Assembly (NCBI GenBank): GCA_944384375.1
Contig: CALWTE010000017.1
Location: 1,344 to 65,343 of the forward strand
Source: an uncultured Clostridia bacterium
Lineage (GTDB): Bacteria > Bacillota > Clostridia > Christensenellales > UBA1242
DNA length: 64,000 nt
Reading direction: 5' to 3'
Shown: piece after piece, positions 9,300 to 19,827 of the stretch
How the letters are laid out: each line of letters opens with the position of its first letter
How positions within the stretch are numbered: the first letter of the stretch is position 1
Position numbers and translations under genes: made by a program
The notes under the pieces: model-generated
Seen by the model: only the letters and a program-made list of their open reading frames with translations
The model's database searches: none
What the model was told of the DNA's origin: nothing

Positions 9300-9395
9300 A
9301 TATTTAATTTAGAAACTATATATATTCAATTATAAAAGGTGGCAATACACAAAATGTGTAGTGGTTGTTTGTGGTGGTTTTTGTTTATTTTCTGT

Positions 9396-11510
9396 TTATT
9401 GCTTTTGCATTTCTTCGTTATTTTTGTTGTTTGCGTTTGTGCTTTGATTGTTTGCGTTGGTTTGTTGTGTCTGTCTTGCTCGTTCTTGTATATCCTTTGC
9501 AAAAATAGGTTTGCGCTTAGGAATGTTATATTGCGAAACTTCTACGTCATTTTGTAGAACAGTCTCAATGTCTTGTTGTATTGTTGTGTTATATTCTTGC
9601 GATTGAGAGACTTTTGTTTGAGATTGTATATATGCATCAGTAACTGAAGTTTTTGCAACCTGTCCAGCGTTTTGCACACCACTAACACTTTGTCCACCCA
9701 TTTGTATACCAGCCTGTGAACCACTAACGCTCTGTGGTTGCCCTTGTGTTTGTGCAAACGGTGAATGATTTTGTGCATATTGTGGCGGAAATGAATTTTG
9801 TATTTCACCTTGCATTTCTCTACCAGAATTTTGCTTTTGGAATTGTATAATAGTCGCTTGATTCTCTAAATGCTTAGGAGTAAACAACGAATTCAATTCT
9901 TTCTCGTTGCTCTGCGAAATTATATCAAAAAATTCACGGTTGCCACTTTTTGCCTGATATTCTTGCAAAATTTGCTGAAAACGGTTTTCTACCACAATAG
10001 TACGCTCAGCAATTTTGGAGAGAGTTTCAGCCTTTTGCTCATCATTAAATTTGATAAATTTTAACAAACCATTATAGACATATTCATCTGCCGTGGCAAA
10101 ACTCATATATTCAATAAATTGTGCTTTATTTACTTTGGCTTTATCGTCTATACACCCCATTTCAAAACCGTCTAAACAAATATTTAGGCAAGCAATATAG
10201 GAATCTAAAATTTTATCAATATCTTTTTCAGTGAAGTCTTGAGCATCTTCATTATATCTATTATCACTTAAAACATCAATATAGGCATAAAATTTATTTT
10301 TAAAAATATTTGCCCTTTCGCGATTAATTTCTTTATAATCATCATTTACGTGAGACACCCCAAAATGCTCCAAAGTTAATTGATTTTTGGAAACGGAATT
10401 AAACAACCCCACCAAAGTAAGCATAGGTTTGTAACCTGAATTTTGATATAACCTATATTTTATATCTTCAGGGGCATAACTTTTTAGATTTTTATCTTGC
10501 GTAACTTTTAACTCTTGCATTAAACAATCTATCGCCAAACTATCCACAATGCCTTCTTCCAAATACTTCGCACCAGCAAAAATTTTGGAATAGTAATTAT
10601 CGTCATTGTCTTTTATTACCATTTCAGTAATTTTATTTCCATAAATATAGCAAATAACTTCGGGCTCCAGCCTGTATTCGGCGGGTGCTAATTTTGTTTC
10701 AGTCGCTCTCTTTACCTGCACACTACACATAGCGTGAAACATTTCGTGATAGAAAGTTTTATGCAAAACACATTTATTAAATACAGTATTCCACTTTACA
10801 CTTTTTAAGTGCTTTTCGCGTTCTTCGGGCGAATTAAAGGGGGCTTCAAGCAAAATTCTATCCTTATTCAACGCCTTAAAAAACACATCTCTAGCAGGTT
10901 TTAAGGCACTTATTTCTTCTTCTTTTTTTGTACTTATTTTATTAGAGTTATCTTGCTTCTGTTCAGCGGTAGCAATTGTTTTATTTTCTTCGCCCAAAAT
11001 ACCAGTAATACCTGCATTAACATTGTTGCTTAAAACATCTTGATTTATATTATTATTGAAATTTTCCTGAGCAGAATAAAGTGAATCAATATCCGCAAAC
11101 TTTCTTTCGCTATCTATATATGGGCTTAAATTTATTCTACTTGCAGAAAGAGCATGACTAGTTAAATGCTGGTTATTTCCTCTAACATCTTTTAACATAG
11201 GTTTTTGCGTAATGTACGTGTTGTTCATACGGTTAAGAATGGAGGGCACATTGCCAGTAAATTGTTTTGTAAAATTATAAAAAATCTTAGACTGTTCGGC
11301 ATATACGCCATAGTGTTTTTTTAGATTTTTTTCATTTTTAAAAAACTTATTCTCTACCTTTAAAATATTATCCTTATTCGCGATATTCTTTGCCTTGCCT
11401 GTTGATTTAGATTTTTTGATAGGTTCTAATGTAATAGTAGGAATATTTACATTATTAACACCATTTTGCGTTTGTTCATACTCATTGTCCGTGTTTTCTT
11501 TTTCTGCCAT
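9396..11510 (-). CDS. Hypothetical protein with an HExxH metallopeptidase-type motif and a Q/N-rich C-terminus
   Basis: 704-aa ORF beginning 9 nt after the recF stop. Contains 'FYHEMFHAM' (HExxH). The N- and C-termini are low-complexity. Confidence 0.5.
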   Translation of the reverse strand: MAEKENTDNEYEQTQNGVNNVNIPTITLEPIKKSKSTGKAKNIANKDNILKVENKFFKNEKNLKKHYGVYAEQSKIFYNFTKQFTGNVPSILNRMNNTYITQKPMLKDVRGNNQHLTSHALSASRINLSPYIDSERKFADIDSLYSAQENFNNNINQDVLSNNVNAGITGILGEENKTIATAEQKQDNSNKISTKKEEEISALKPARDVFFKALNKDRILLEAPFNSPEEREKHLKSVKWNTVFNKCVLHKTFYHEMFHAMCSVQVKRATETKLAPAEYRLEPEVICYIYGNKITEMVIKDNDDNYYSKIFAGAKYLEEGIVDSLAIDCLMQELKVTQDKNLKSYAPEDIKYRLYQNSGYKPMLTLVGLFNSVSKNQLTLEHFGVSHVNDDYKEINRERANIFKNKFYAYIDVLSDNRYNEDAQDFTEKDIDKILDSYIACLNICLDGFEMGCIDDKAKVNKAQFIEYMSFATADEYVYNGLLKFIKFNDEQKAETLSKIAERTIVVENRFQQILQEYQAKSGNREFFDIISQSNEKELNSLFTPKHLENQATIIQFQKQNSGREMQGEIQNSFPPQYAQNHSPFAQTQGQPQSVSGSQAGIQMGGQSVSGVQNAGQVAKTSVTDAYIQSQTKVSQSQEYNTTIQQDIETVLQNDVEVSQYNIPKRKPIFAKDIQERARQTQQTNANNQSTNANNKNNEEMQKQ

Positions 11511-11519
11511 AATTTATCC

Positions 11520-12965
11520 TTATTTTTTAGATTTTTTGGTTGTATCGTCTGTCCAAATATCATACTCGGCTTCGTCTTGATTTTCTTTTTCCAACTCGTC
11601 CATAATTTCGTCTTTTTTCTCTTGCGAAATAGAGTCTATCGTCTCGTCTTGTATAAGTTGAGATGTTTCTTTTGTTACATAACTATCCAGAGGCTGTGGC
11701 CACCCTGAATTATCCCAAAAAGCGCTATTAGGTTGATATTCAAAGGCTTGCCCTAATGCTTTTACCTTTGACGGGTTTTCTTGTTCAATAGAAGAAGAAT
11801 TTTGCACATCTAATTTAGTTACAACACCATTATCTACTCGGTACAACGTATCTGGTGTTGGATTCTCATTTGTCCACTCTGTACACGTTACCATTGTATC
11901 AAAATTTTTGCAATAACTCATAAGTTTATGCCTGCGTACAAAATCTAATTCGGATAAAACATCATCTAAAAAGAGCATGGGTTTTTCTCCATAAAACTTA
12001 TGATACAGAAAGACTTCGGCAATTTTAAGTGCAAGAGTCGCCGTCCTTTGCTGGCCTAGACTTCCTTCATTTCGCAAGTTTATATACTCATAACTTTCTC
12101 CGCCCCTACCTTCATAAGGCTCAGCATTATTTATATAACAAAGTTTTATATCAAAATCATCTAAATGCGGGCCAATACTACTAGTATGTGTTAGACAATC
12201 ACGCACATAATTTTGGCGCACTTTCGCCTTATATACCTCTTCTAAATCGTTAATATGCACTTGTTCTAATCTATCACAAAAAGTACGATAAGTTAGGCGC
12301 AAAGTTTCTCTATTATCGGTTAGAATTCGCATAATTGTACCCACTAACTTTTGCAAACCCTTTAAAAAATTATATCTACGTAACATAATTTTTAACGAAT
12401 ACGACATAATCTGTTCGTCCCACGGTAGCAAATTTTTATCATAAACACCAGCCACTTTTATTGTTTTTAAAAGGGCATTACGCTGTTTAAGTGCGTGCTG
12501 AAAATTTTTCAAATTTATCATATAATTTGGGCTAATTTGGCAATTAATAATATCTAAAAAACGTCTGCGGTACTGAGGCCCGCCACGTACAATTTCAATC
12601 TCATCTGGGCTAAAATAAACGCAAGAAAAATTGCCCACAATATCACTAACTTTTACACTAGGTACACCATCTAAAACGATAGTTTTTCCCTTAGTGTTAC
12701 TTAAATTCACCCCTACACTGCGTTCCGTTTCCGCCCTAATAAAATCAAGTTCAATATTTGCTGTCGTTTTGCCTTTTTGAATTAGTAAATTGTCTTGTCT
12801 TGTCCTAGGACTGCGCCCGATACTGCACATATAGAGCGCCTCTAAAATGTTCGTCTTGCCCGAGCCGTTCATCCCCGTTATAACTGTTAAACCTGGATTA
12901 AAGTTTAACTCTAAATTATCAAAATTTCTAAAATTTTTTAATATTAACTTCTTCGCACGCATCAT
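11520..12965 (-). CDS. recF: DNA replication/repair protein RecF with a roughly 95-aa acidic C-terminal extension
   Basis: 'LKNFRNFDNLELNFNPGLTVITGMNGSGKTNILEALY' Walker A region, 'GSLGQQRTATLALK' signature and 'MLFLDDVLSELD' Walker B. The ORF is 481 aa, whereas typical RecF is about 370 aa. Confidence 0.9.
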   Translation of the reverse strand: MMRAKKLILKNFRNFDNLELNFNPGLTVITGMNGSGKTNILEALYMCSIGRSPRTRQDNLLIQKGKTTANIELDFIRAETERSVGVNLSNTKGKTIVLDGVPSVKVSDIVGNFSCVYFSPDEIEIVRGGPQYRRRFLDIINCQISPNYMINLKNFQHALKQRNALLKTIKVAGVYDKNLLPWDEQIMSYSLKIMLRRYNFLKGLQKLVGTIMRILTDNRETLRLTYRTFCDRLEQVHINDLEEVYKAKVRQNYVRDCLTHTSSIGPHLDDFDIKLCYINNAEPYEGRGGESYEYINLRNEGSLGQQRTATLALKIAEVFLYHKFYGEKPMLFLDDVLSELDFVRRHKLMSYCKNFDTMVTCTEWTNENPTPDTLYRVDNGVVTKLDVQNSSSIEQENPSKVKALGQAFEYQPNSAFWDNSGWPQPLDSYVTKETSQLIQDETIDSISQEKKDEIMDELEKENQDEAEYDIWTDDTTKKSKK

Positions 12966-13618
12966 ACACTCCTAAAAATCTGCCAACAAAGCAACTATAA
13001 AATGTCCCGCAAACAAAATAAAATACTTTTTAACTCAGTAAAAACATTTTTTGCAAATACAATAAGATACTTTTTACGTGGATAAAATACTTTCTTTCTT
13101 TGCAAATAAAAATTTTAAACTTTTATTACACGCAAATAAAATGATTTGATTCTTTTCTACGCAAAAAATTTTTTTTGATTCTTTTAATCATTCTATTATA
13201 GCAAAAAAGCGAAAAAAGAGCAAGGCATTTATATTTATTTGTGCTTTCGTTTTTGCTTTTGCTTTTTCTTTTGTTTGTTTCGTTTTTTGCTTTTAAAAAT
13301 TTGCATTTACACTATTTTTTACTATTTTTAATATTTTATTTTTCTTACGTTTTTTTATTTTCTTTTTTAACACTTTGTACTTTCGTTTTTTCCTTTATTT
13401 TTGGTGTTTCTCTTTATTGTTATTTGTTCTTTTGCTATTTTTTTAGTTGCTCTTTCAATGTTTTTTATAATTATTTTAAAATTTGCAAAACTGAATTTCC
13501 TGCCATAATAAATTAAATAAAAAATTATTAAAAGTTTTTTAGGAGAAGTTATAAAATTCAATACAAATTAGACACATCTATGATATAATTTCCTTATAAA
13601 AATTTTTAGGAGTAAATT

Positions 13619-14035
13619 ATGTCAAAAATTTACGAAGCCATATTAGAAGTTTTAGAAGAACAAAATTTGTCTATTAGAGATATAGAAAATTTAAAAGTTT
13701 TGGGAGATAAAACAATTTATAACTTTTCACAAGAAAACCCATCTTTGAAATCTTTAATGAAACTTGCAAATTTTTTAAAAGTGTCCTTAGATTATATGCT
13801 AGGCTATTCAGACAAAAATTTATTCACTGAATATGACATTGAAAATATCCATTTCAATAAAAACCTTAGAAAAATTATTCAAAATCAAAAAATTTCTATG
13901 AAGCATATGGCTCGAGATTTAAAGATGGGAGAAACCAATTTTGTAAGGTGGAATCGCGGAGTTTATCCTAGATTAGACAAACTCCTTGATATAGCAAACT
14001 ACCTAAAATGTACAATTGACGATTTGCTTTTGTAA
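13619..14035 (+). CDS. Tandem-HTH (XRE-like) transcriptional regulator
   Basis: 138 aa containing two HTH-like modules ('LMKLANFLKVSLDYMLG' and 'LLDIANYLKCTIDDLL'). Paralogous to 50034-50459. RBS taggagtaaattATG. Confidence 0.6.
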   Translation: MSKIYEAILEVLEEQNLSIRDIENLKVLGDKTIYNFSQENPSLKSLMKLANFLKVSLDYMLGYSDKNLFTEYDIENIHFNKNLRKIIQNQKISMKHMARDLKMGETNFVRWNRGVYPRLDKLLDIANYLKCTIDDLLL

Positions 14036-14068
14036 ATAAGTAACATTTAAAAACTTAATAAAGTTAAT

Positions 14069-14792
14069 ATTTTTCCTTTTATCACTTATTACAAAGTATG
14101 TAGGTTACAATTTGTAAATGAAGGGAGTGAACTGGTATCAAATTGTTACCAGTTAAAATTGGTTGCACAAGATGGGAAGCTAAGAGATACTGACGTTCTT
14201 AACACCAAAGGCATTTTAAGGCTTATTCAATCAATTCCTAGCAAAAAAGCAGAGCCTTTTAAGATGTGGCTTGCCCAAGTCGGTAGCGAAAGGATGGACG
14301 AAATTGCCGACCCACAAAAAGCAATAGATAGAGCCATTGCAACCTATCGCGAAAAAGGTTATCCTGAAGAATGGATTACACAAAGAATGCTCACTATTAA
14401 GACTCGCAAAGAGTTAACAGCTGAATGGCAAGACAGGGGGATTACTCAAGAAAAAGACTACGCCATTCTTACTAATGAAATGACAAAAGCATGGAGTGTA
14501 CACCGTGCAAGAATATAAAAAGTTTAAAGGACTTAAAAAAGAAAATTTACGCGACAATATGACAAATATTGAATTAGTCCTTAATATGCTTGCCGAAGTT
14601 ACGACTACCGCCCTTTCTAAACAAGAAAAACCACAAACTTTTAATGAAAGCAAAAATGTTGCTCACCGTGGCGGAAAAGTTGCCAACACAGCAAAACAAG
14701 CCTATGAAGAACAACTCGGGCAAAAAGTGGTTTCGTCCATTAATGTACAAAACAAACAAATGCTAGAAATCAAAAGCAAAGAAGATAAATAA
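14069..14792 (+). pseudogene. Bro-N/DinD-like (phage antirepressor / DNA-damage-inducible protein D family) remnant, 5'-truncated and frameshifted
   Basis: 'KLVAQDGKLRDTDVLNTKGILRLIQSIPSKKAEPFKMWLAQVG' continues in a second frame from about 14500 ('YKKFKGLKKENLRDNMTNIELVLNMLAE'). There is no N-terminal Bro-N part and no proper start codon. Confidence 0.6.
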
Positions 14793-15018
14793 TCTAAAAT
14801 TTTATATTAAGTAATAAGTATTTGTTTAAGCATTAAAAAATCAAAATGTGTTATGTTCTACTAAAATTTTATTTCTTGTTTGCTTTTTATAAAATAAAAG
14901 TACTTGTTTATAGTGAAAATAAAACTAAAACGACATTTTAAAACTATGCTTGAGTACGTATTTTAATATATTATGTTATAATGACTCTTAAATAAAATTA
15001 CAAAAGGGGATAATTATT

Positions 15019-15360
15019 ATGAATAAAGTTATTGCTGGTGATTATGCCGGTAAAAGTATAAGCCAAACTTTAGGCACCGCCTACTTATCTATAAGTATGT
15101 TAAAATCCATTCAATTAGATAAATCAACATTAGAATCTTATGAGATTGTAAATGAGGAAAAGAGAAAAAATGCAAGTTCTGTTGTTGGCAGAGGTCTTGT
15201 AGGTGGTTTTTTATTAGGTGGAGTTGGATTGTTGGCGGGTAGCCTTTCCGCAAAAAATAAAGGAACTTATCAAGTTATACTCCTATTTAAAGATGGGAAA
15301 AAATCATTAATTGAATGTGACGATAAAGTATATAAGGCTATTACAAAAAGTATGTTTTAA
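15019..15360 (+). CDS. Small hypothetical protein with a Gly-rich hydrophobic segment
   Basis: 113-aa ORF with RBS aaaggggataattattATG and a 'GRGLVGGFLLGGVGLLAGSL' segment. Confidence 0.5.
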   Translation: MNKVIAGDYAGKSISQTLGTAYLSISMLKSIQLDKSTLESYEIVNEEKRKNASSVVGRGLVGGFLLGGVGLLAGSLSAKNKGTYQVILLFKDGKKSLIECDDKVYKAITKSMF

Positions 15361-15508
15361 TATCGTAAACTATAAAAAAATATAATAATTTTGTTTTTTG
15401 TGGTTTAAATTAATTAGTCACTTTTTGCATATATTATTAAAAAGAAGTTTAAACAAGATTTTTTTAGTCTATAATTTTTTCAACAAAATGTGAATTTGGT
15501 GGATAACT

Positions 15509-16054
15509 ATGGATTTATTTTCGGGATACTGTTACTCAGAGACGACAAAGAGCCGTTTAGCAAACTTTCTATATAATTATATAAACAAAAAGCCTGTTCT
15601 ATTATGTATCGGCTCAGATAAAATGCTCGCAGACTGCCTTGCACCCCTTACAGCCGAACTCCTTCGCAAAAAGGACTTTCCGTACTTTGTTTACGGTGGT
15701 CTTTCTGCGCCTATTACAACAAAAAACGCCGAATTTGCTTGCGACTTTATCCACACTATCCACAAAAACTCCCAAATTATAATAATTGATAGTATGGCGA
15801 CCACCAGACAATCTAGGCTCGGCACGATTATAATAAGCGATACTTACAAAGGTGCCATCAACAATTTAAATCTTGACGCTAATCTTTACATTTACGGCAT
15901 CACATCTTTACTTGATAGCACCAACAACCTTTTGACCAATGCTCGTCTTAATAATATTGAAAAAATTGCCACCACTATAACCAATGCCCTGTGCGATATC
16001 GCAAACTTCTACACCGAAATAAGCAAGTTAAAAGAAAAACAACTCCCTAATTAA
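15509..16054 (+). CDS. yyaC: YyaC-like putative sporulation protein (DUF1256)
   Basis: 'LLCIGSDKMLADCLAPL...VYGGLSAPI...IIIIDS' follows the YyaC pattern (CIGTD..GD.LGPL..VYGTL..P). B. subtilis yyaC is also origin-proximal. Confidence 0.55.
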   Translation: MDLFSGYCYSETTKSRLANFLYNYINKKPVLLCIGSDKMLADCLAPLTAELLRKKDFPYFVYGGLSAPITTKNAEFACDFIHTIHKNSQIIIIDSMATTRQSRLGTIIISDTYKGAINNLNLDANLYIYGITSLLDSTNNLLTNARLNNIEKIATTITNALCDIANFYTEISKLKEKQLPN

Positions 16055-17979
16055 AAAGTCGTTTTTAAACTCTCTTAACATAAAAATAAAACAAAGTATT
16101 TTTTTATTTAACAAATAAATAAAGTTAATAAAACGTTTTACTTATTATAGTTTATAAAAAGCTAACTAATACACTATATTTTATAAATGATTAAGCAATT
16201 TTAATAATAAACATTATTTATTAAATACGCAAAGCAACCAAAAACTGCTGATATCCCACAAAATTAAACAATAAAAATTTTTTAAATCTAAAAAAACTGT
16301 GGATAACTTTCTATTTTTTACAAAGTATTATAAAGGTAAAATATAAAAATAATATAAAACCAAATAAAAACAAACTAAATCAAACCAAACCGAGCAAAAC
16401 AAGACGAGACAAGATAAAACTGAATATTAATATTAAATCATAATTACAAAATAACTAACTATTTTTACACAGACCAAAGCAATAAAAACACTAGAAACTG
16501 TAACTGATTCTAAAAAATAACAAACAACATAAACTAACCGCTTTGCAAAGCAAATAATAAAGCAATTTGCGTTTTTTAATAAAAACTTGATATATGCTTG
16601 TTAAGCAGTATTCTAAATATTTACCATACAAACAACTATTTACTTACATTATCTGTTTCACAATAATAACTTTTTTACACGTTTATTATTTTACATCTTT
16701 AACACTTTTAATATAACCAAAAAACAAACAAGAATTTAAAAAGAAAAAAGTTATCCACGTGCATAACTTTTTTTGTCCAAAAAATCTTGTATAAAACTAA
16801 TAGCGTTTTATAAAACAATAAATAGATAATTTAAAATTCCATAAATTTTAATTATAAATTAAATTATAAATAATTACTAAAAATTATTCCTAAAACACTA
16901 TTTAAAGTATCAATTATAAATTTATAATAAAAATTTTTATACGCAAAAAACGCAATAAAGTAGCAAAATTTTGCAGGAATATTGCAAAAAAACAACAACT
17001 TACCTACAAAGAAACAACTATTGCCAAATCAAACTTAAATATCTAGCACAATAACTAAGTGCAAAAAATATATAGAAAAAAATAAGTTAAAAACACTAAA
17101 AACTAGAAATTATATTCACACCTAAAATCAAGTTCTATTTCACATTAAGCATCTACTACGTTAAAAAATTTTTTACTAAAATACAGTAAAAAACTAACAA
17201 AAATTATTAAATTTTTTATAAAACTTTTCCACGTATTTTTAAATTATCAACAACTAAAAAATTACGTAAGCAAAAAAACTTTTTACTTAAAAACAAATCA
17301 AAAAATTATTAAACTTTTTTAGTTTAAAACTAAAACATAATCAAAACAAAACTTTAGTCTTTTTTAACTAGGCAAGTTTATCTTTTTAATATCTGGAATA
17401 ATCTCCACAAACACTAAAAAAATACAAAACATACATTTTGCTACTTTGGATTCAGTTAAAACACTTTAGATAAAGCCTTTTAAAACAATTTTTACCTTAT
17501 CCAAATTACTCAAACTAACCTAAAAACTAAAGTAATAAATGCATTTTACAATTTTTTAAAACAGAAAAACTCCTCGTTCTCCCTTTCTCTAAATTTTTCC
17601 GCTACCAAACATACCAGCTAGATTTCTTACCTTAAAAACCATTGCTATTGTCACGTAAAAACTACTCAAAAACATAACAACAGTTATAACATAAATCTAG
17701 AACGGAAAAACTTTTTACAAAACAAACTTTTTTCTAAACAACCTCCGTTTTTCTTAGACACCTTAGCCTAAAACTTAAAGCAAATTATGGCTATTTAATA
17801 CGGTGGATAACTCTACACTTCCCAGCGAGAAAAACTTATCCACAGGTTTTGTTCACTCAAAACAAAAATTTTTTGAGTACACACATTATCACATAGAGCC
17901 AAGTTAATTGTCAATACTTTGAGACACCTTTTTTTAATTTTAGTTATTTTGCACAAAATCAACTTTTTTAATTTCCCTC

Positions 17980-18588
17980 AAAAAGCCTTTTGTTAAGCCA
18001 AAAACTCGTCGTAAGTAACACGATAAAATTTTTTAATTCCTTTCATCCAATCTATTAACTTATTATTTTTTACCCTGCTAATCATTTCCTTTGCTTTGCT
18101 AATGTGGCTTTCCTTTTTTTATTCGCATCACTTTTCTTTCCTTAAAATTTTCTGCTTCCAGATTCTTTTCTTTTTCTGCTGCTTTCCTGTAACCTACACT
18201 TTTCCTATTCCTTCCTTCTCCTTTTTCCCTTCTCGTACGTTTCTTGCTCCTTAACCTAACCATACTTAACCAGCCATCCATTTGAAATCAAATTTTAGAG
18301 AAAGAATATAAAATATATTTTTTTAATTTTATTTTTAAATAATAGATAAATAGTTATTGTTGTGGAAAAGTGGATATCTTGATAATCTTAGCATAAATAA
18401 TCCCTATTTAAAAAGCTTTATACATAAAAACAGAAAATTTTTTCGTGTGGATTTTTCGTGAATTTCGTATTATTTTTGTGTGTATATTTTGTGAAATTTA
18501 TCAAAATTCACGGGGATAACTAGATTATTTCAGCAATACTTGTAATTTTTTGTATAAGTCAATTTTTTGGCTTAACAAAAGGCTTTTT
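17980..18588. repeat. Perfect 25-bp inverted repeat pair (AAAAAGCCTTTTGTTAAGCCAAAAA) bracketing 559 bp
   Basis: 17980-18004 is the exact reverse complement of 18564-18588. Confidence 0.85.
18060..18290 (+). repeat. Polypyrimidine (T/C) tract of about 230 bp on the + strand
   Basis: Long runs such as cttttctttcc, ttcttttctttttctgctgctttcctg and ttcctattccttccttctcctttttcccttctcg, with very few purines. Confidence 0.8.
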
Positions 18589-19559
18589 TTAAAATTTTAT
18601 TTTTTAGCATCTCCTTTTAAACTTTTTAATTTCACTAAGTAAAGGTGGATTCTTTGAAATTTTACTTAGTTTATATTTTTATTATAAACTAAGTAAAAAA
18701 TTTTTTTAAGCAAATTTTGACATATTTTTTTTTTTAGACTATTAACCAAAATTGTTTAAATTAATCCACATTAAAAAACTTTATCTACAAGGGGTTTTGG
18801 ACACTTATCCACATTTTGCACATTGCGTGGAAAACTAACATTTTGTTGAAAACTACTCATTCCGTACTATTCCCCCAAAAAACCATATTAAAAATTTGCT
18901 TTCTAATAAGCATAACCTACCTCTTATAATAAATTATACAATCTTCTGTATCATAATAAAAACCCGTTATCTAAAGCAAAATATTCTTCAATATTAAATA
19001 TAATATCTAAAAACAGAACACTCAATAAGACTGCTTAATAGTAGTTATAAAAAGGCCATTTATTATCTTCCTATTCTGGCACCACTATAATATGCAATTA
19101 TCCTTCTTTGCCTTCTGAGATTTTTTAATAATTTTAAATGTTTATTAATAGAAATTTGCTTAGGATTTAAGAAAAAAATTTTGTATTTATAATAAAATTA
19201 CATAGAACTTTTATGTGACTTTAATTACTAATAAAAAATGAAATTATATAATTTACTTATAAATAATTAATTTAGATAGAAATTTTACAAAACCAGCATA
19301 TTACTAAATTAAAGTTAGCATGCTAGAAAAATAATCTTGCTCAAATAAACAACAAACTCTCACCCATAGAGCAAGTATGGTAAGTTATAAAAACAAAGTA
19401 GGTTAAACAAGTGAATAAAACAATTAAACCTAAAACATTCAATAAATATATAAGCAATAAAAACTAATATAGAAAAATTAAACCATCTATATTTTTATCA
19501 CTTTTTATATTAAAGAAACTATTGTTAAACAATCGCAAAAGCAAAATATTTATCAACTC

Positions 19560-19588
19560 TTGACAGAATAGGCAAAATTTGATATACT
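19560..19588 (+). promoter_or_regulatory. rpmH promoter TTGACA-N17-TATACT
   Basis: -35 at 19560-19565 and -10 at 19583-19588, 34 nt upstream of the rpmH ATG. Confidence 0.7.
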
Positions 19589-19621
19589 AATATACAATGT
19601 TATTTATACTAGGAGGAGAAA

Positions 19622-19759
19622 ATGAAAAGAACGTTTCAACCCAAAAAGCGTCAACGTAGTAAAGTACACGGTTTCCGTGAACGTATGAAGACAACCAGCG
19701 GACGTAAAGTATTAAAACGTCGTCGTAATCGTGGCCGCAAAGAATTAGTGCGTGCATAA
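19622..19759 (+). CDS. rpmH: 50S ribosomal protein L34
   Basis: Below the ORF-track length cut-off. Hand translation gives [45 protein letters not shown] (45 aa). RBS aggaggag. Confidence 0.95.
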   Translation: MKRTFQPKKRQRSKVHGFRERMKTTSGRKVLKRRRNRGRKELVRA

Positions 19760-19827
19760 ATTTAGGTACTATGCAAGACATAATACCTTATTTTTTTATA
19801 AAAAAACGTTAATTTTAGGTGATTTTT

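Larger units (their letters stand above)
16298..18813. promoter_or_regulatory. Dispersed DnaA-box cluster inside a 3.5-kb gene desert; candidate oriC
   Basis: Perfect TTATCCACA boxes at 16298-16306(-), 17836-17844(+) and 18805-18813(+). One-mismatch boxes at 16751, 17802, 18361, 18762 and 18781. No ORF of 60 aa or more except one spurious purine-tract ORF. Confidence 0.55.

Noticed and set aside
13241-13516. F/L-rich ORFs in T-rich spacers (13241-13516, 9339-9557, 11466-11708, 37056-37328, 53340-53578, 59891-60097, 57455-57727)
   Set aside because: Their sequences merely translate T-tract arrays or tandem repeats (poly-Phe/Leu). They have no RBS and in several cases overlap better-supported features.
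18099-18281. 60-aa highly basic ORF (MDGWLSMVRLRSKKRTRREKGEGRNRK...) on the minus strand
   Set aside because: It is a direct by-product of the polypurine tract. There is no Shine-Dalgarno sequence upstream of the ATG (ctaaaatttgatttcaaATG) and no recognisable family. I treat it as non-coding unless proteomics says otherwise.
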